A stretch of 61,544 nucleotides of DNA, filler included, from Bipalium vagum (Eukaryota): assembly GCA_037834085.1 (NCBI GenBank). It is 3 parts of 3 records of this genome, joined end to end, with 100 filler letters (N's around TTAATTAATTAA, not from the genome) between each part and the next. Parts side by side here need not be neighbours in the genome. Positions count along the whole stretch, not along the records: positions 43,780 to 61,544 come from JBBMKC010052622.1; 2 more parts are not named here. One strand, 5' to 3'. The notes beneath the pieces were generated by a model that was not told where the DNA came from, searched no databases, and saw only the letters and a list, made by a program, of their open reading frames with translations. Within the stretch, counting starts at the first letter, position 1, and every line of letters begins with the position of its first letter. Shown one piece after another: positions 58,274 to 61,544 of the stretch. A program made the translations under genes and the position numbers.

Positions 58274-59522
58274 TTGGGGTGAATCAAAAGTTCGTGCATT
58301 TTATTTTATATTATAAATTAATTAATTTTCAAGAACAATAGATTTTATTGATCGCATTAAGTAAGATATCATTTTATACGTTTTTAAATTGTCTTTAATA
58401 TTAACTAAAATAGATTTTAAAATATTTTCTTAAAATTTAATTTTTTTCATATTTCAGCAATATGAACAATTTTGAAATTCGACTGCTTTTGCGCCCTTAT
58501 TGAAAGCAGCATATAAATTTCAAAGAAGCTGCTACAATAAGACATTGAATGAAAAGGTATTGCCTCCATTCGCACAGCTTCAAAATGGTATAAAAAAGTG
58601 AATAAAGGTCATATTAATCTCGAGAATGACTCACGTTCCAGATAACCTAGAACCGTGGATTCCAAGGCGATACTCCTAGCAGTTGAAAATAATCCATCAA
58701 CAAGCAGTCGTGTGTTATCAAACGTGTTGGATATTTCTCAAATACCCATAGTCCGGCAACTTCATGAACTTAAAAAAGTCAACAGAAGCGATCGAGAAGT
58801 TCCTCATCAATTAAGTTAAAGTCAGGTAGAACACGGATGGCCATATGTCAGAAATTGTTAGAAAATCCCTGTTACGAACGTTTCTTTAGAAAAATATTCA
58901 CTTGTGATGAAAATTGGATACAATGCTGACTGCAAAAAACAATGGTTGTATCCAGGTCAAACAGTAAAACCGGTGCCAAAGCGGGACAGGTTCTCAGAAT
59001 AGGCTTTATTATGAGTTTCCTAGAACTACGAATGTATAATCCATTTTACGGTGCTTCCAAACTGAGAATTTATCAACCCGGATGTCTATTGCGCTCAGCT
59101 TGAAGAATATATGAGGTATTATGCAAGAAATACCCTTCAATGGTCAACCAAAAACGAATATATTTGCAGCAAGACAATGTCAAACCACATACGGCCATAA
59201 AAGATAAGAAAAAACCAAAGAACTAAATGAAATTGAATTATTACCGCACCCAGCTGTACCATCTGACTTTTACCTGTTCCGGTCAATGGCACATTTTTTG
59301 CGAGGACACTCTTTTAATAATCTAGAGGATATCAAAACGTGATACCTGAACTCTAAGGACAAGGATTGTTATAAAAGTGGCATCGAACAACTTGCCAATA
59401 GATGACTTAAGACAGTAGAATCAAAGGGGATTTATTTTGAAATTTGATTTTTATTTTGTTTTTTATAAAATATATGTTAAAATTTTGGTCTAAAAAGCGC
59501 ACGAACTTTTGGTTCACCCTAA
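58274..59522 (+). mobile_element. Full-length decayed mariner (DD34D), 1249 bp
   Basis: TIRs TTGGGGTGAATCAAAAGTTCGTGC and GCACGAACTTTTGGTTCACCCTAA, flanked by TA. Motifs VPHQL, TCDENWI, QDNVKPH, PSDFYLFRSMAHFL. Confidence 0.92.
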
Positions 59523-59887
59523 TAATATAAAATGAATTTAGTCCTATATTTGTGTGTAACGTTGTGCTAAAACGTTAAAATCAAAGAATTTAAAATAAGC
59601 ATTGAATCTATATCAAACACATAATCGAAAAATAAACCATACTAAATCGAACTGACAAACACTGAGTCGAATAAATTTTTTATTAATGAATCGAGAGACT
59701 GAGATATATTGTTTTTTACAAAAATATATTGGATGTCAAATATTTTTAACAATACTATTTTATAATTATTTTAGGAATAAATCGGACTAAAGAAATTTAG
59801 TTATTGTCTGTTCTCCTTTGATTTTCCGTATTTTAATTTGAAAAATACTTCTAATTTATGTTATTTTTATTATGACTTATAAAATAA

Positions 59888-60750
59888 ATGATGTGTCAAT
59901 AAAGTTTCAGGACTACTATTATAACACAAATTATACAGTTTAAAAATGAAATTTTTATGTTGGTCGCACGTGATACAGTTCATTTCAACTAGCTATTTGT
60001 TTATCTGAAGTTATTTGCTTAATTAATCTGCTAACATTTTAAGTATTGTCATAATTTCAGAATGAAACAAAGAGTGAATATCAAATTTTGCCATAAGTTT
60101 TGCAAACTACCTACAAAGCTCTATAAAAAGGTTGAAAATCGTCTATAGGAACAATACAATTTCAATGTTTAGTGTCTGAATTATATTCTCGTGAAGGCTA
60201 TGATGGTCCTTTCGATAATCAGAAGTGGTCGTCCCTCGACCTCCAAAAATAATGAAAACATTAACAAAATTAAAGAAATTGTTGAAGCCAATTGACGTAT
60301 TACATTAAGAATGCTCGAAAATGAATGAATCAATAGAGAAACTATTCGAAAATGTTGATTAAAGATTTACATAAGAAAAAGGTTGTTTACGGTTTGTTCC
60401 TGACAGCTTGACTCTTGAACAGTTGTAACATAATTGCTGCAGAAATGTGATTTTCGCTTGTGACTCTAGCTTAAATGTTATCAAATAAACTGTTTATTGT
60501 GATGAGTCGTGTTGTTTTCAATATTATACTGATACCAAACGACAAAGCTTGCAATGGTGTTCAAAGAGCTCTCAAAAACCAAAAAGTTTACGACTTCAAG
60601 AATCAAAGATTAAAACCCTCATGATCACGTTTTTTTATTTTGATGGTGTCATTCACAAAGAATTTCTTCCTTAAAAACAGTCAGTGCTGTTTATTAGAAA
60701 GAAGTGCTGAAAAAAATTTGAAAAAATTGGCAGAATTAGAACTCAGTACA
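59888..60750 (+). mobile_element. 3'-truncated decayed mariner
   Basis: MKQRVNIKFCHK, RSGRPSTSKNNENINKIKEIV, DESCCFQY..TKRQSLQW, DGVIHKEFLP. Confidence 0.85.
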
Positions 60751-61019
60751 GTATTATAGTATTCAACGTTTTGTATTCATAAATTCATGAAATTTGAATA
60801 AAACAAAATTGGGTTTATTCGATATTTGATATTCCACATAGAAAAAATTATTACCAAATTATTATATTTGATATTCGGTTTTCGAAATTTGAAAAATAAA
60901 AACAAATCTTTTCGCTTAGGCGCAGATCGCAATTAGCCATTTCTCACTACTGCATGTATGGTGCATCAAAGAAAGCTTTAGTCTTAAATCACAAAAATCC
61001 CACAGAAATCCCACCAGAA

Positions 61020-61392
61020 GTACAATGCCGTTCATATGTTTAGGGCCACCTCTAAAATTTCGATAAAATGATGAAAATATATAATTATAAGTACTTTAAT
61101 CCTGTCTATATTTAAATTTTTTTATTAAAATTTATTATTATCTCTCTCTTCGAGAACTCTGACTAATCGCTCTCTGGTATAAATTATGTCACGTAAAATT
61201 ATTCAGACAGTACTTTGGCTCACTAAAATGAGGTCAAATTTAAATAGAAACAATTGAATATTTTTATATATATTTCTGAATAATTTTCTATGTACAATGC
61301 CGTTCATATGTTTAGGGCCACTTCTAAAATTTCGATAAACTGATGCTGAAAATATATCATTATAAGTACTTTAATCGTGTCTGTATTTAAAT
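61020..61392 (+). repeat. Direct duplication of a ~97-bp Tc1-like left end (61020-61117 and 61292-61392)
   Basis: Both copies begin TA+CAATGCCGTTCATATGTTTAGGGCCAC, 272 bp apart, with few differences. Confidence 0.85.
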
Positions 61393-61544
61393 ATATGATA
61401 GAATATGTTGAAATACATGTTTCCAATCAAAAATTGCCAAAGTAAAATTTTTGTAAATGTAGAAAAGCCGATTTGTTCAGAAACATCAATTTTTAAGTCA
61501 TTTTCAATACAAGACTAAAACGTCAATAAAATATCTTTTATTTA

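Overview
AT-rich eukaryotic (animal-like) genomic DNA. It is made of three contigs joined by two artificial 100-nt gap linkers (N44-TTAATTAATTAA-N44). I could build three protein genes by hand. (1) A 7-exon GCK-III STE20 kinase (STK24/25/26 type, minus strand, 503 aa). (2) A divergently transcribed 9-exon SMPD4/neutral sphingomyelinase-3-like gene (plus strand, 728 aa). (3) An intronless, divergent kinesin light chain (minus strand, 502 aa), with an inverted, broken KLC paralog fragment next to it. Most introns are only 42-71 nt. The rest of the window is decayed transposons: about 18 IS630-Tc1-mariner copies (DD34D, DD34E, DD37D, DD41D), a gag zinc-knuckle remnant, and two families of non-coding LTR-like elements. 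The most unusual signals are the long (1.5-1.9 kb) TG..CA element with a GATC target duplication and hairpins that covary between copies, a second LTR-like family with a conserved stem module, two small pseudoknot-shaped GC islands, and a 5'->3' GC/CpG gradient inside both spliced genes. I found no CRISPR, rRNA or tRNA, and no clearly novel protein-coding system. All homology calls come from motif recognition by eye, not database searches.
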